64,000 nucleotides of DNA. It comes from a virus. Its lineage: Duplodnaviria; Caudoviricetes. The stretch is taken from the IMG/VR virus record IMGVR_UViG_3300034407_003088, positions 15,131 to 79,130 of that record; one strand, written 5' to 3'. The first letter of the stretch is position 1, and the number at the start of each line of letters is the position of its first letter. Made by a program: the position numbers and the translations under genes. Positions 9,776-20,541 of this stretch are shown one piece after another. Below the pieces are notes generated by a model. The model was not told where the DNA came from and did not search any database. It saw nothing but the letters and a program-made list of their open reading frames with translations.

Positions 9776-11271
9776 TCTGGTATATTATCGTGTTTACATT
9801 TAAAATTAATAAAGTCATGACGACCCAATTTCTCTACTGAATCTACTTCATATTTTAAATCAGTTAATCCATCTTTTTTTGTATCCCAAAGTCCATATTG
9901 AACTTCTGTAAAAAATCTTTTTTCATTTCTACTTGTATCTTCTTGAAACACAAACCTATTATTTACTATTCCATTAATTGGATGTTTCAAAGATTTGTAT
10001 TTACCATTTCTACGATGTGGTACAATAGTATGAGATATATCATCTAAATTTTCTGTAGTGACTTCACACCCATGATTTATACCATGATTGTTATTACCAC
10101 TAATATCATAAACATATTTTTCATCTACATTAGAAAACTCATAATGTAATACACACCCATCATAATCATTACAATTAGTAATATCATTATTATAAAAATC
10201 TTTTATCTCACTATCATCAAGTACACGATTCCACATACCAACTTGTGCAACTTTACCATAGAAAAAATTACTTGGACTGACCTCATTTGGATTTTTGACA
10301 CCCAAGTAATATGGTACTCCACCATATCGTTTTGCATTACCACCCATAATTAGTGGTGATTCTACACCATGACCAAATCGTGCATCACTTTCTTCACCAT
10401 TTAAATAAAATCTTAAGGAATTATTTTCTGAATCATGTGTAATCATCAAATGACTCCATATATCAGGATTCCTTTTCAACCACATATAATTGTGATTATT
10501 TTTAAAATCATACATTGAGAAAGAAAAGGCTCTTGAGTTATCATATGCAAACCCCATTTGATATCCTGACCTACCAAGTATGTAATTATGAATATATTTT
10601 CTATTTTGTAGGTCACCTATTAAATACATTGGAACATCAAAGTTATCATATGGATTTACCAATATACTCCAAGTAAAACTATTATTAGTTAAATCTCTTA
10701 ATGTTTCAGATGGTGGTATCTCCACATATGAACCTAACCCATCAAATTGAATTGAGTTAATCATCGTGTTACTTTTTGGTAATTTATTATCAATAACATA
10801 ATTTTCTTGTTGACATCTCCACAACAAGTCATCATCTTCCATACCCCAATTCCAATAATCATTAGAGTACCCATTGATGTTTTCAAATTGTTCTTTTGTA
10901 AACAAAATAGCACCACCGAAATATTGTATTGATGGTAACATATAATCAAATTGACTTATATGAACTGCAAGATGTTGTGGATTGTCTGTAGGATAACTAT
11001 AATCACAAGTCTCATCTTCTGGTACCATATCAATATCATGAAAACAAAAATAATCAAATCCTTCTTTTAATGCCTCATTAAAGGCGATGTTCTTTGCAGT
11101 TCCACGATTAAATCTCAAAACCGTATCTGGTTCTATTTGATTTGCTACAAAAATCTTAAACTCTATATCAGGATGATATTTTTTCATAAAGTCTTCCATA
11201 TGTGGAATGAAAATATCTAAATGTTCTTTTCTTCTATAATGTGGAACACATATTGCTAATTTTTTACTCAT
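9766..11271 (-). CDS. GT7 (beta-1,4-galactosyltransferase-like) with inserted LamG domain
   Basis: FNRG, FHDIDMVP, YFGG, WNWGMEDDDL; LamG insert (WSHL...YLNG...FFYGKVAQVGMWNRVL); DGLTDLKY tail. Confidence 0.85.
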   Translation of the reverse strand: MSKKLAICVPHYRRKEHLDIFIPHMEDFMKKYHPDIEFKIFVANQIEPDTVLRFNRGTAKNIAFNEALKEGFDYFCFHDIDMVPEDETCDYSYPTDNPQHLAVHISQFDYMLPSIQYFGGAILFTKEQFENINGYSNDYWNWGMEDDDLLWRCQQENYVIDNKLPKSNTMINSIQFDGLGSYVEIPPSETLRDLTNNSFTWSILVNPYDNFDVPMYLIGDLQNRKYIHNYILGRSGYQMGFAYDNSRAFSFSMYDFKNNHNYMWLKRNPDIWSHLMITHDSENNSLRFYLNGEESDARFGHGVESPLIMGGNAKRYGGVPYYLGVKNPNEVSPSNFFYGKVAQVGMWNRVLDDSEIKDFYNNDITNCNDYDGCVLHYEFSNVDEKYVYDISGNNNHGINHGCEVTTENLDDISHTIVPHRRNGKYKSLKHPINGIVNNRFVFQEDTSRNEKRFFTEVQYGLWDTKKDGLTDLKYEVDSVEKLGRHDFINFKCKHDNIPEWQ

Positions 11272-12718
11272 TATCTATACTCACGAAGTTAATTTTTGCT
11301 TGACTTTCTTGTGATTTTATTGTATATTTTAAAGTGGATAATCCATCTTCTTTATAATCATCCATACCTGTTCTAACAAAATTAAAATATCGTATCTGAT
11401 TATCTCTTGAACGCCAATCTTTAAATTTGGTTTTTGACCAACCATTCTCTTTATGGTCTAAACAGGTAAATTTTCCATTTCTTCTTGTTGGTAATGACTT
11501 TGTTTCACCTATCACAAGTTCTTGTTTTTTTCTAATTCCACCAACTATTTCACCATTATGATTATACTTTGTTTTATCCATAACTCTTTCATTATCTATA
11601 TTTTCAAAATCATATGCACAAAATAAATCATCAACAAATGAATATTCATTTTTTGGTTTAGTAACATCCCAAGGAACACCATCATTAAATAATTGTCTAA
11701 CTGCTCTTCTGTCTACGGTTCTTCTCCACATACTAAATTGTGCAATGTTACCTTCAAACCAATTATTATCTCGTATTGATGTTGAGTCTACACATCCTAA
11801 GAAAAACTTATCACCTTTTATTTCTCTTAGATTACCAAAGTAAGATGTAGGTGAGTTTTGAACCTCTTCTCCATTAATATACATTTGTAATGTTTTTGTT
11901 GGTGCATCAACACAAACTACAATATGATTCCATTGTTCTGACATCTTATGACTAACCACCATATACTCATCATGATTCATATTCCACACACCATATTTAT
12001 ATTGTTGTGCACTTGTCCAACATAATCCTGTATGATATCCTGGTTGTGCAAGTATATGAAATTCATCATAATGTTTTTGATTATCAATCGTTAATAAGTC
12101 TGATGGTTGTACCCAAACTTCAAATGAATACGAACCTCTTGTTAGAATTTTTTGCCACAATGGTGAAATAGTTATATCTATATAATCACCCTTTTTAAAA
12201 CTCATTGACCTAACAAAAGGATTTGTTAAATGTTGAGTAGATACAATATCTTCCTCTAAAGGTAGACCTGTAGTTCTACATCTATATAACAAATCATCAT
12301 CTTCAAATCCCCATCCCCAATATTCATTTGAGTATCCATTAATTAATTCAAAATGTTGAATAGGAAACAAGGTTACCCCACCAAAGTATTCAGGATATGG
12401 TAATTTATATTTGTTGTTTGATAGTCGTGTTGATAATTGAGTTGGTCTATCTACCCATGAATAGTCACATGAATTATCTTCAGGTAACATATCCACATCG
12501 TGAAAGCACACATAATCACACTTGGCGTTTTTTGCCAGTGTGAATCCTATATTACATAACCATCCACGATTAAAAGGTAATTCATTATCTTGATTTACAA
12601 CAAATACTTCATAATCATCAATAGAAGTTTTTTCAAGATGAGATTCTATCTCTGGTATAAATCTTGATAAATGTTCTTCTCTATCTCGGTATGGTACAAT
12701 TATACCAAGTTTTGCCAC
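11264..12718 (-). CDS. GT7 (beta-1,4-galactosyltransferase-like) with inserted LamG domain
   Basis: VPYRDREEHL, FNRG, FHDVDMLP, YFGGV, WGWGFEDDDL; LamG insert; DGLSTLKY tail. Confidence 0.88.
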   Translation of the reverse strand: MAKLGIIVPYRDREEHLSRFIPEIESHLEKTSIDDYEVFVVNQDNELPFNRGWLCNIGFTLAKNAKCDYVCFHDVDMLPEDNSCDYSWVDRPTQLSTRLSNNKYKLPYPEYFGGVTLFPIQHFELINGYSNEYWGWGFEDDDLLYRCRTTGLPLEEDIVSTQHLTNPFVRSMSFKKGDYIDITISPLWQKILTRGSYSFEVWVQPSDLLTIDNQKHYDEFHILAQPGYHTGLCWTSAQQYKYGVWNMNHDEYMVVSHKMSEQWNHIVVCVDAPTKTLQMYINGEEVQNSPTSYFGNLREIKGDKFFLGCVDSTSIRDNNWFEGNIAQFSMWRRTVDRRAVRQLFNDGVPWDVTKPKNEYSFVDDLFCAYDFENIDNERVMDKTKYNHNGEIVGGIRKKQELVIGETKSLPTRRNGKFTCLDHKENGWSKTKFKDWRSRDNQIRYFNFVRTGMDDYKEDGLSTLKYTIKSQESQAKINFVSIDNE

Positions 12719-13029
12719 TATTTTTTACTACCAAATATACTTTTTAGTACACCACCATCGTTTTGTGATTGTTGAACAGATGGTTGTTGTGTCTGTACAG
12801 GTGGTTGTTGACCAACAGGTCGTTGAACTGGTTGGTTTGGTTGTGTAGATGAGTTTAATCCCATTTGATACATTTCCCATAACTTCCAATCAATAGCTTC
12901 CAACTTTTCTTCTATACTTGTCAATGCCTTTAACAAAAGTGCAAAATTATCACTACCTGTTAATCCACTATCAAGTGCATCTCTTGCATCTTTGATATCA
13001 GTATTTTCTGTTTTCTTCTTTGTTGCCAT
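12718..13029 (-). CDS. Hypothetical protein with Gln/Pro-rich tail
   Basis: ORF with AAGGAG SD that fits the operon. Confidence 0.6.
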   Translation of the reverse strand: MATKKKTENTDIKDARDALDSGLTGSDNFALLLKALTSIEEKLEAIDWKLWEMYQMGLNSSTQPNQPVQRPVGQQPPVQTQQPSVQQSQNDGGVLKSIFGSKK

Positions 13030-13039
13030 GTTTATCTCC

Positions 13040-14509
13040 TTAGGCTTGTATTGTTAATATTGAATGTTTATCAAAATATTTTTCGGTTTTTAAAACACGA
13101 AACCTACACTCTTGTAAATCATTCGTTACTTTATTACCTATTAACTTTGTTAAAATTTTGTAATTATTTTGAGAGTTAGAACCTTCATAATTTTCTTTAT
13201 TTAATTTATTATAATTTGTACCTATATAACCATAATTTCCTCTACTTCTTATAGGTAAATATAACTCATCTCCCTCTTTCACTATGTTTTTTTTAGGTGA
13301 AACAGGAATAGTTAAAATCATATTATTACCATTACCACTTTCATCCCAAATCATATTTTTATATCCTGCACTAAAATCATAATAACCAGATGGACATTCA
13401 ATTGTATACTCATTGTTAAAATTACCATTTTTATAAATTTTATTTAATGATATTTCATTTAAAAATATATCATAAAAACTTAAATCTCCAATTGAGATAT
13501 CACATCTGGCCTGTGATGTGTGTGTTTCTTCTGTTGCAATACCAACATAAAATGGTGTTTCTAATGGATATTTTTTAATTGAACTTTTAACTACCACACT
13601 ACTACATAATAATCCATTTACATACATGTTAGCAGTCTTATTATCTTTACTATAAGATAATCCTACATGTACCCATTCACCAATGTCTATTGGATAATCA
13701 CCTACTCTAATATATTCATTTTTAAAAGTCCAAAGATTTGTACTCAATGTGAAATGTGAATCTTCTTCATTGTATAAAAATTTTATACCTGAATGATAAC
13801 CTGGTCTACTAACTGCATATCCTTCCTTTACAACACCTTTATTTAATCTGACCCAACATGTGATGGTAAAACTATTATTCATAACATCCTTCATTGAACG
13901 AGTATTAGTCTGTATTTTTGTATAATTGTTGTAATCTATATCAATTGTATTTACTGATTTTGATTCTTCTATTGTTCTTATAGTAGGATAATTTAATTGG
14001 TTCATTTTATATAATAAATGTAAATCCTCGTAACCATCACCCCAAAAATTATTATAAAACCCACCTATGTTTTCAAATTCTTTTTTAGTAAACATCAACG
14101 CACCATTAAAAAAAAACTTACTTGGTAAACTATACCCTTCTGGTACAAAATCAGGATGAATACCAAATGATATTTCATTCAGAGAACCAACTAAACACTT
14201 AGGTCTTTCATCAAATGAGTAGTCACATTCATCATCTAAAGGTATAAAGTCACTACGATGGAATACAACATAATCCCAATCATAATCAATGTTGTATATA
14301 TTTTTAAAGACTTTAGTACCACTTAGAAATCCAACATTATATAACTTACCATAATTTACTAAATTTTTATTTGATTTCAAATCAACTAATATAATTCTAT
14401 ATTCTACATCTTTGTCTTTCATGAACTCATCAAAATGTGCAACAAAGTTTTCATTATATTGTTCATTAAAATCTGAAACTATTAATAATTTATTCATGAC
14501 GATAATCAA
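13040..14509 (-). CDS. Degenerate GT7-LamG paralogue
   Basis: Same architecture, but FHRSDFIP replaces FHDxD and WGDGYEDLHL replaces WGxxEDDD. Confidence 0.75.
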   Translation of the reverse strand: MIIVMNKLLIVSDFNEQYNENFVAHFDEFMKDKDVEYRIILVDLKSNKNLVNYGKLYNVGFLSGTKVFKNIYNIDYDWDYVVFHRSDFIPLDDECDYSFDERPKCLVGSLNEISFGIHPDFVPEGYSLPSKFFFNGALMFTKKEFENIGGFYNNFWGDGYEDLHLLYKMNQLNYPTIRTIEESKSVNTIDIDYNNYTKIQTNTRSMKDVMNNSFTITCWVRLNKGVVKEGYAVSRPGYHSGIKFLYNEEDSHFTLSTNLWTFKNEYIRVGDYPIDIGEWVHVGLSYSKDNKTANMYVNGLLCSSVVVKSSIKKYPLETPFYVGIATEETHTSQARCDISIGDLSFYDIFLNEISLNKIYKNGNFNNEYTIECPSGYYDFSAGYKNMIWDESGNGNNMILTIPVSPKKNIVKEGDELYLPIRSRGNYGYIGTNYNKLNKENYEGSNSQNNYKILTKLIGNKVTNDLQECRFRVLKTEKYFDKHSILTIQA

Positions 14510-15347
14510 TACATTTTTGTTTTATGTCTTCCCAATAGGAATACCAGTTATTATCACTTAAATCCTCTATCATAAAATCTTTTATATTTATTCTAAAGTT
14601 ATTATCTAATAGATATTCATACATTTTCTTATACTCAAAGTAATAAGAGTAATCTTGTTTTATCATTGTTACTTGTCTTAGTCTTTCAAAACAATCAAAG
14701 TCCCACTTCATATGATTAACTATTACAAAACACTCATCAACAGGATATTTCTTAGGATGATTCCATCTATCACCATATGTGTCTTGACCATCAATGATGG
14801 CATAATGTTGACCTGGTGTAACATCAATATATCCTTTACTTAATACTATTTTGTTAGGACATGCATTTGATATTGGTTCTCTAAAAAATCCACCCAATGG
14901 AAACTCTTCCCATATATTTGAGTCTCTATTTATTTTAGGAAATGTCCCATCAACTCCCAATCTATCAAGAAAACCACCACTTACAAAATCCCAACCATTC
15001 TCTTCACAATCATATATTATCTCTTCTAATGGTTTTGGATACTCATGAAACTCATCATCATCTGAAATAACCCACCAATCATTTGGTTTTGTTCGTTTAG
15101 TCTCGTTATACAAATGTGTTACATGATTCCAATCATATGGTGGGTGTTTACTAATATTATATATTTTTAATCCATAGTGACTTAAAACATCTTCAACCTC
15201 ACCCACGAGATTTTTATTCTTACCATTGTCATATACATTCACAAACACATCATCAACTATATCTTGATAGTGACCAATCATATGATATAACATATTAGGA
15301 TTATGACCACATACCGTAACTAAATTTTTGGGACTTTTACTGACCAA
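14490..15347 (-). CDS. GT-A (family 2-like) glycosyltransferase
   Basis: WWVISDDDEF DxD motif. Confidence 0.65.
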   Translation of the reverse strand: MVSKSPKNLVTVCGHNPNMLYHMIGHYQDIVDDVFVNVYDNGKNKNLVGEVEDVLSHYGLKIYNISKHPPYDWNHVTHLYNETKRTKPNDWWVISDDDEFHEYPKPLEEIIYDCEENGWDFVSGGFLDRLGVDGTFPKINRDSNIWEEFPLGGFFREPISNACPNKIVLSKGYIDVTPGQHYAIIDGQDTYGDRWNHPKKYPVDECFVIVNHMKWDFDCFERLRQVTMIKQDYSYYFEYKKMYEYLLDNNFRINIKDFMIEDLSDNNWYSYWEDIKQKCIDYRHE

Positions 15348-17620
15348 CTGGCTCTCCTACAATTTTCCCAAAATTCTGCAAGTTCAGGAAATGTTTCCAT
15401 AAAATTTTTATCTCTTCTATTATCATATTCATTGAAAAAATTAAAAAAGTCTCCACGATTCTTCACCAACCAATCAACATCATCCAATGGTGACTCCGCA
15501 TAATCAATCAATCGTCTAAACTTTTCTATTTCAAAATCATAGAATCCACTATGTCCATGACCATAAATGTGTAGATATTTATCTTCACGATATTTTTTCA
15601 TCAACTCAATATCTTCCTTCATCTTATCAATCCATTTAGTAGGTAAGATTCTCAATGATTGGTGTGATGGTTGTCTTAAATATGCAACATCTAATAAGAT
15701 TGCATAATGTCTGTATCGTTTACCATTGTAATGTTTTCTCTTTAGATGAAATACACCTTCAATAAGTTTATCAAAGTTTGGTGCACTTAATGCATTATAA
15801 GTTGACATAATTGTAACAGATGCCTTTGGAACTTCTGTTAAGAATCTGTCTATGTTATACCAAAACTTTTCAAAGTCTAATCCATCACGAATATATTCTG
15901 CCTGGTCTCCCCATGATTCTATACTTGTATAAACTGAATAATTCCAAACCAAATCATTCTCTGTAATGTATTTTGATTTCTCAATAAACTTATCAAACAA
16001 ATCATCAGGTGGACAAAAGTTTGAATTAATACTAATCTCTAATTCTGGATTAATATCAGGATTTTCAATAATATAGTCCAAGACCCTAAATGTTCCCTTA
16101 TGAAGAATTGGTTCACCACCAGTAATTCTCAATGTATGTAGGTCAGGATATAAATCTGGCCACCATTTCCAAAATGCTTGTTCATATGGATTGAATTGTT
16201 TGTAAGGTATCGGCATCATATCTGCTCTTTTCAACCAATCTGTATTATTGAATAATCCACTTGTTGGGTATGGGCCTTTCTTTTCTATCTCTTGTTGCCA
16301 TCTTGATGAACTCTTCACATCACAATAACTACATGCAAAGTTACATTGATTACTAAATGATATCTCAACATAAGGTGGATTGGTATCTTCTCTCCAATCT
16401 GAATCTCTAATCTTTCTAAAGTCTGGTAATGCCCATGCCTCTGCACTCTTCATATGTCTGTCACTAAATGCATCTTTATTTGCATCTTCTACTTTCCAAC
16501 AATAATCACATTCTTTAGGTCTTCCACCCTCTAACATCATTTTTCTTTGAAGTTTTTTAAACTTCGTATTATGTAGTGCAGATTTATTTTCTTCTAATTC
16601 CTCTAATGGTATTTTATGTGGAACAGGATGGTGACAACTATGAGTCATACCATTCTGTAATAATAATGAAACTTGATTCCATTTTGCCAAACAGAATCCT
16701 CTACCGACTTTATTTAATTCTCTTTTAAGAATATTAATTTCTTTTAAACCATGAAGACTTTTTTCTTTAAAAATATCAATATCTACTTCTTGTTTTTGTG
16801 CCTCTTCATCTTTTATTTCAAATTGTTCCAAATGAATTCTCATCTTTAATTCTTCACTTGGTTTTTTCAATTGTCCTTTTTCTTTTAGTCTATTTATTTC
16901 ATTCTCAATATAAGGTGATGAATGTTTTAATAAATGATATTTGTAAGTTTCAAAATCAACATCAAGACCTTGACATATTTCCATAAACAGAATATGTTTC
17001 ATTATATCAGAATTTTTGATATCATTTCTCTCTCTTTTCATTCTACTTAATTCTGATTCTGTATCTTTTCTTAAATCAGAGTTCAACATTTGAAGTCTTT
17101 TTCTTATTTCTTCTTTACCATACTCTGCATCTTTATCCATGTTCTCATACCAAACATCGGTATTTCTGTTATACTTATTTATAATAACAACTCGTTGTTC
17201 TAATTCTTGGTATGGACTTAAAACTTTATTAGATTTTTTTATTTTATTAATTTCTCTCTCAACTTCTGGTGAAGTATGTTTTAAACATTGTTTTATCGCA
17301 ACTCTATACTCAAGTTCTTGTGTAACATTTGTAATCTTTGCACTATCAGGAACATCGTGATAATATCTATAGATTTCCTCATCAATATATTCATTTTGAT
17401 ATTTTTCACACTCAGATAACTTAATTAAATAATAACACTCTTTATCAAATTGTTTTGTGAAGAAATCTTTATCTTGTGCACGATATAAATCCATTCTTTT
17501 TGAAACCCACTCTGTTGAATGTTGTTGTCTGATTTCATAATCAAATTGTTTTTCGGGCCATGCATTCAAATGGTTAAACTCTTTAATACCCTTAACTTCT
17601 ATTTGTACAAAATTGTTCAT
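15320..17620 (-). CDS. Twitch radical SAM protein with ~290-aa helical N-terminal extension
   Basis: CNFACSYC, ITGGEPIL, FCLAKW..SCHH..CDYCW; paralogous to 8321-9775. Confidence 0.88.
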   Translation of the reverse strand: MNNFVQIEVKGIKEFNHLNAWPEKQFDYEIRQQHSTEWVSKRMDLYRAQDKDFFTKQFDKECYYLIKLSECEKYQNEYIDEEIYRYYHDVPDSAKITNVTQELEYRVAIKQCLKHTSPEVEREINKIKKSNKVLSPYQELEQRVVIINKYNRNTDVWYENMDKDAEYGKEEIRKRLQMLNSDLRKDTESELSRMKRERNDIKNSDIMKHILFMEICQGLDVDFETYKYHLLKHSSPYIENEINRLKEKGQLKKPSEELKMRIHLEQFEIKDEEAQKQEVDIDIFKEKSLHGLKEINILKRELNKVGRGFCLAKWNQVSLLLQNGMTHSCHHPVPHKIPLEELEENKSALHNTKFKKLQRKMMLEGGRPKECDYCWKVEDANKDAFSDRHMKSAEAWALPDFRKIRDSDWREDTNPPYVEISFSNQCNFACSYCDVKSSSRWQQEIEKKGPYPTSGLFNNTDWLKRADMMPIPYKQFNPYEQAFWKWWPDLYPDLHTLRITGGEPILHKGTFRVLDYIIENPDINPELEISINSNFCPPDDLFDKFIEKSKYITENDLVWNYSVYTSIESWGDQAEYIRDGLDFEKFWYNIDRFLTEVPKASVTIMSTYNALSAPNFDKLIEGVFHLKRKHYNGKRYRHYAILLDVAYLRQPSHQSLRILPTKWIDKMKEDIELMKKYREDKYLHIYGHGHSGFYDFEIEKFRRLIDYAESPLDDVDWLVKNRGDFFNFFNEYDNRRDKNFMETFPELAEFWENCRRASWSVKVPKI

Positions 17621-18324
17621 TTCTTCCTCACTAAAGTTGTTCCTGTAGAGAATGGTAGTGGTGTTTTTGATTTAAAATCAAAGAAATCAAATACTTCCCA
17701 TTTCTTACTCTTTTTAAGTTTCTTGATTAACTTAGCTGGGCCTGACATATCATCAAACTTCTCACCTTTTGGTACAATTAAACTATCGTAATATTTTTCA
17801 TCTGTATCATGAATACTGATTATACCATTATCACTTAATCTTTCACTATATAATTCAAAATCTAATTCAACTTGTTCAAATGAATGACCTGCATCAATGT
17901 GTAAATAATCTATTTGAATATCTTTTCTTAAGAAAAAGTTATAATAGGCGTCATCTGTAAGTGCCTCTATGACTTTTGGTTGAAATGTTTCTACAAAATA
18001 ACTTTCATCGTTCCAATCAGGTTCACCATTAACACCATTTTTTGCATCAACAACATATGTGATACCATATATATCATCGGTGAAAACATCTAATTCTTTT
18101 AAATCCCATTGTGCAGCAATCATCATTCGTGGAACAAATCCACCACCACTTCCTAAACAAACACAAGTACGAGACTTCATTAAGTATGGTATTGTATAAA
18201 ACAATAAACCACCACCCAAGTAAATGTGTGTTGCACCATGTGTATCTCTGTATTTTACTGGTTCTTTTTCATCACCATTATGTAGTAATGAATCATATAT
18301 CCAGCCTTGATTTAATAACCCCAT
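17617..18324 (-). CDS. Class I SAM-dependent methyltransferase (Methyltransf_24-like)
   Basis: CLGSGGGF motif I; IDYLHIDAGHSFEQV..DF...LSDNGIISIHD. Confidence 0.8.
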   Translation of the reverse strand: MGLLNQGWIYDSLLHNGDEKEPVKYRDTHGATHIYLGGGLLFYTIPYLMKSRTCVCLGSGGGFVPRMMIAAQWDLKELDVFTDDIYGITYVVDAKNGVNGEPDWNDESYFVETFQPKVIEALTDDAYYNFFLRKDIQIDYLHIDAGHSFEQVELDFELYSERLSDNGIISIHDTDEKYYDSLIVPKGEKFDDMSGPAKLIKKLKKSKKWEVFDFFDFKSKTPLPFSTGTTLVRKK

Positions 18325-18353
18325 AATAAAACCTCTTTGTTATAAATATAATC

Positions 18354-19046
18354 CTACCATCTCAAACGATTATAAAATGTTGCAACATGGTCTGAAAAAT
18401 AAAATCTTTTTTCACATCCGTATTTCTCTTGGTCTTCTTTAAATGCATTTTGATAAAACCAATAGTCTGCATCATATAAATCATTATCTTTTGTTGGTTT
18501 TGTAGGATATGGTTTCCAAACTGAATGATGAAATACTACTTGTCCACTATCACATGTTGAAGGTCTTATATAAGTACCAGTATCATCATGTATAATCTGT
18601 GGATGATTATATCTACTTTCTCTTGATAAACTAACTTTAAATTGTTCACCTGTATCATGACCAAGAACTATAAATTTAACTTTATCGGTTAATGATGGAT
18701 TTTGTCCATTTAATATTGGATAAAGTACGGTATATAAGTCATAATGTAAAACATTATCATCATCAACAAGTAAAACCCATCCTTCATTTACATTTTCCAT
18801 TAATGCATTTTTACCTTGATTTCCCCAACAACCACATTCTGTTTCTGTAAATGAATACATATCATCAAATAAACTTGATTCAATATCCGACTTACTACAA
18901 ACTAAAGTATCAATAGAAACATGCCATCTTATATCAAACATTTCATCATTAACTAATGGTTGTTTAAAGATTGAATCTCTAATTAAATGTAAATTGTGTG
19001 GATTCAATCCACAAGGTGTTCCTATATTTATAACTATCGGTTTCAT
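18354..19046 (-). CDS. GT-A fold glycosyltransferase-like protein
   Basis: WVLLVDDDN DxD motif; DSGQ and YDADYWF motifs. Confidence 0.6.
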   Translation of the reverse strand: MKPIVINIGTPCGLNPHNLHLIRDSIFKQPLVNDEMFDIRWHVSIDTLVCSKSDIESSLFDDMYSFTETECGCWGNQGKNALMENVNEGWVLLVDDDNVLHYDLYTVLYPILNGQNPSLTDKVKFIVLGHDTGEQFKVSLSRESRYNHPQIIHDDTGTYIRPSTCDSGQVVFHHSVWKPYPTKPTKDNDLYDADYWFYQNAFKEDQEKYGCEKRFYFSDHVATFYNRLRW

Positions 19047-20530
19047 TATGGTGCTGAATTTGTTCCTTTATTATGTACTAATATTCCATTTACAAGATAT
19101 ACATCAGAAGGTTCTACATCAAGATTAACAACTTCAACTTCACCTTCTACTCTTGATATTTGGTCAATTAAAATTAATGATTTATCTTCACCCAATAAAG
19201 ATTGTCCAACTTTACAATTACCTGCCTTCATCCATTTCCATACATTGTCTGTATCTTTTATTAATAATTCATGTTCACCAGTAACTTTAAGTTCTGAGTT
19301 AAATCCTGTAGTATTGTTTACACCAAATAAAACATAATAATGTGATGCATAATCAAAATAATAATTATCAATTACTGCAGTACTTGATTCAAATCCATCT
19401 ATTGATGATGTTGTCCAAGTTGACCATTCTTCATATCCTAAATCCTCATCAGGTAAAGTTTGAATATTAAATGTATTTACCTCATCTCCAATATCTAAGT
19501 CCTCTATGTTTTTATCACCACTTGGTGTGGATACTTTTGAACCTGGTAGGAAACATGCAACCGTTTGTCCACCATATGTATCTTGTACCTCTACAACCTT
19601 TGTTACTGCGGTGTTATATCTTGTGGAATGGTCATTGAATCCATCCGATTGTCCATCATCATTATACTTACCAGATATTGTTACGGTTTGGTCATTGTAT
19701 TGTGGCCCTGCCCACTTCTTTAATGTAATATGGTCAATAAAAATATTACCTGCACTACCTGTAAACTCTAATCTTAAATCTACTGAAGTGGAACCACTTG
19801 TATAAAAGTTATCGGTAAATAAATTCCAATTGTTTGTATTGTTTGCACCATTTCTACCAAATGTATGTGAGTTACTTTTTAGTACAACTTGTATATTTCT
19901 ATCACCAGCACTTGTATTATAAAATCTTCCTTGAATTTCATAAGTAGAATATGCATCTACACTAATAGTTTGAGTCAATGCACCATCGTCAATCTGTGCT
20001 GCAAACGAAGAACCACTACCTGCAGGGTCTGCATTTGGTGTTCCACCACTATAAGTGTGTTTCGTAACTGCATCTACAACTTCCTTTGTCCATGTTCCTG
20101 GTGTAGAAAGATTTGTCCAAGTTGCAAAATTACTATTACCAACAAGATTACTACCAACTGCAGTTTTTAAATCCGATATGGTTCCTGCACTGAATGTTCT
20201 TTGATAACCACTATCTGTTGATAAACTAAATGCATCACTTTGATTTGTAGTCCATGTAAAGTTATCACTACGAGAACCAATTTTACTTAAGAATTTACTA
20301 CCAGCATTTTGAAAAGTCAAGTTATAATTCTCAGATGTTTGTTCATCAACATAGGCGAAACCATTTAATGTATTATCCACACTATCAATTGAAAACTCAG
20401 ACATCTTAGTTTGTCCACCACCACCTGCACTTGTAAGTGAAGTGTTTGCGGTCGTATAACTTGAGATAGACGAACTAACTGCTCTTCTTAGTTTTCCTAA
20501 TGATAAGTTTTGGTTTATTGTTGTACTCAT
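19046..20530 (-). CDS. Putative virion protein: CBM4/9-like jelly-roll plus C-terminal Hint domain
   Basis: NLVGNSNF...FIDHITLK CBM-like insert; Hint from CFLPGSKV (19553-19555) through TGEH to VHN (19070-19075). Confidence 0.8.
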   Translation of the reverse strand: MSTTINQNLSLGKLRRAVSSSISSYTTANTSLTSAGGGGQTKMSEFSIDSVDNTLNGFAYVDEQTSENYNLTFQNAGSKFLSKIGSRSDNFTWTTNQSDAFSLSTDSGYQRTFSAGTISDLKTAVGSNLVGNSNFATWTNLSTPGTWTKEVVDAVTKHTYSGGTPNADPAGSGSSFAAQIDDGALTQTISVDAYSTYEIQGRFYNTSAGDRNIQVVLKSNSHTFGRNGANNTNNWNLFTDNFYTSGSTSVDLRLEFTGSAGNIFIDHITLKKWAGPQYNDQTVTISGKYNDDGQSDGFNDHSTRYNTAVTKVVEVQDTYGGQTVACFLPGSKVSTPSGDKNIEDLDIGDEVNTFNIQTLPDEDLGYEEWSTWTTSSIDGFESSTAVIDNYYFDYASHYYVLFGVNNTTGFNSELKVTGEHELLIKDTDNVWKWMKAGNCKVGQSLLGEDKSLILIDQISRVEGEVEVVNLDVEPSDVYLVNGILVHNKGTNSAP

Positions 20531-20541
20531 AATTATAAATA

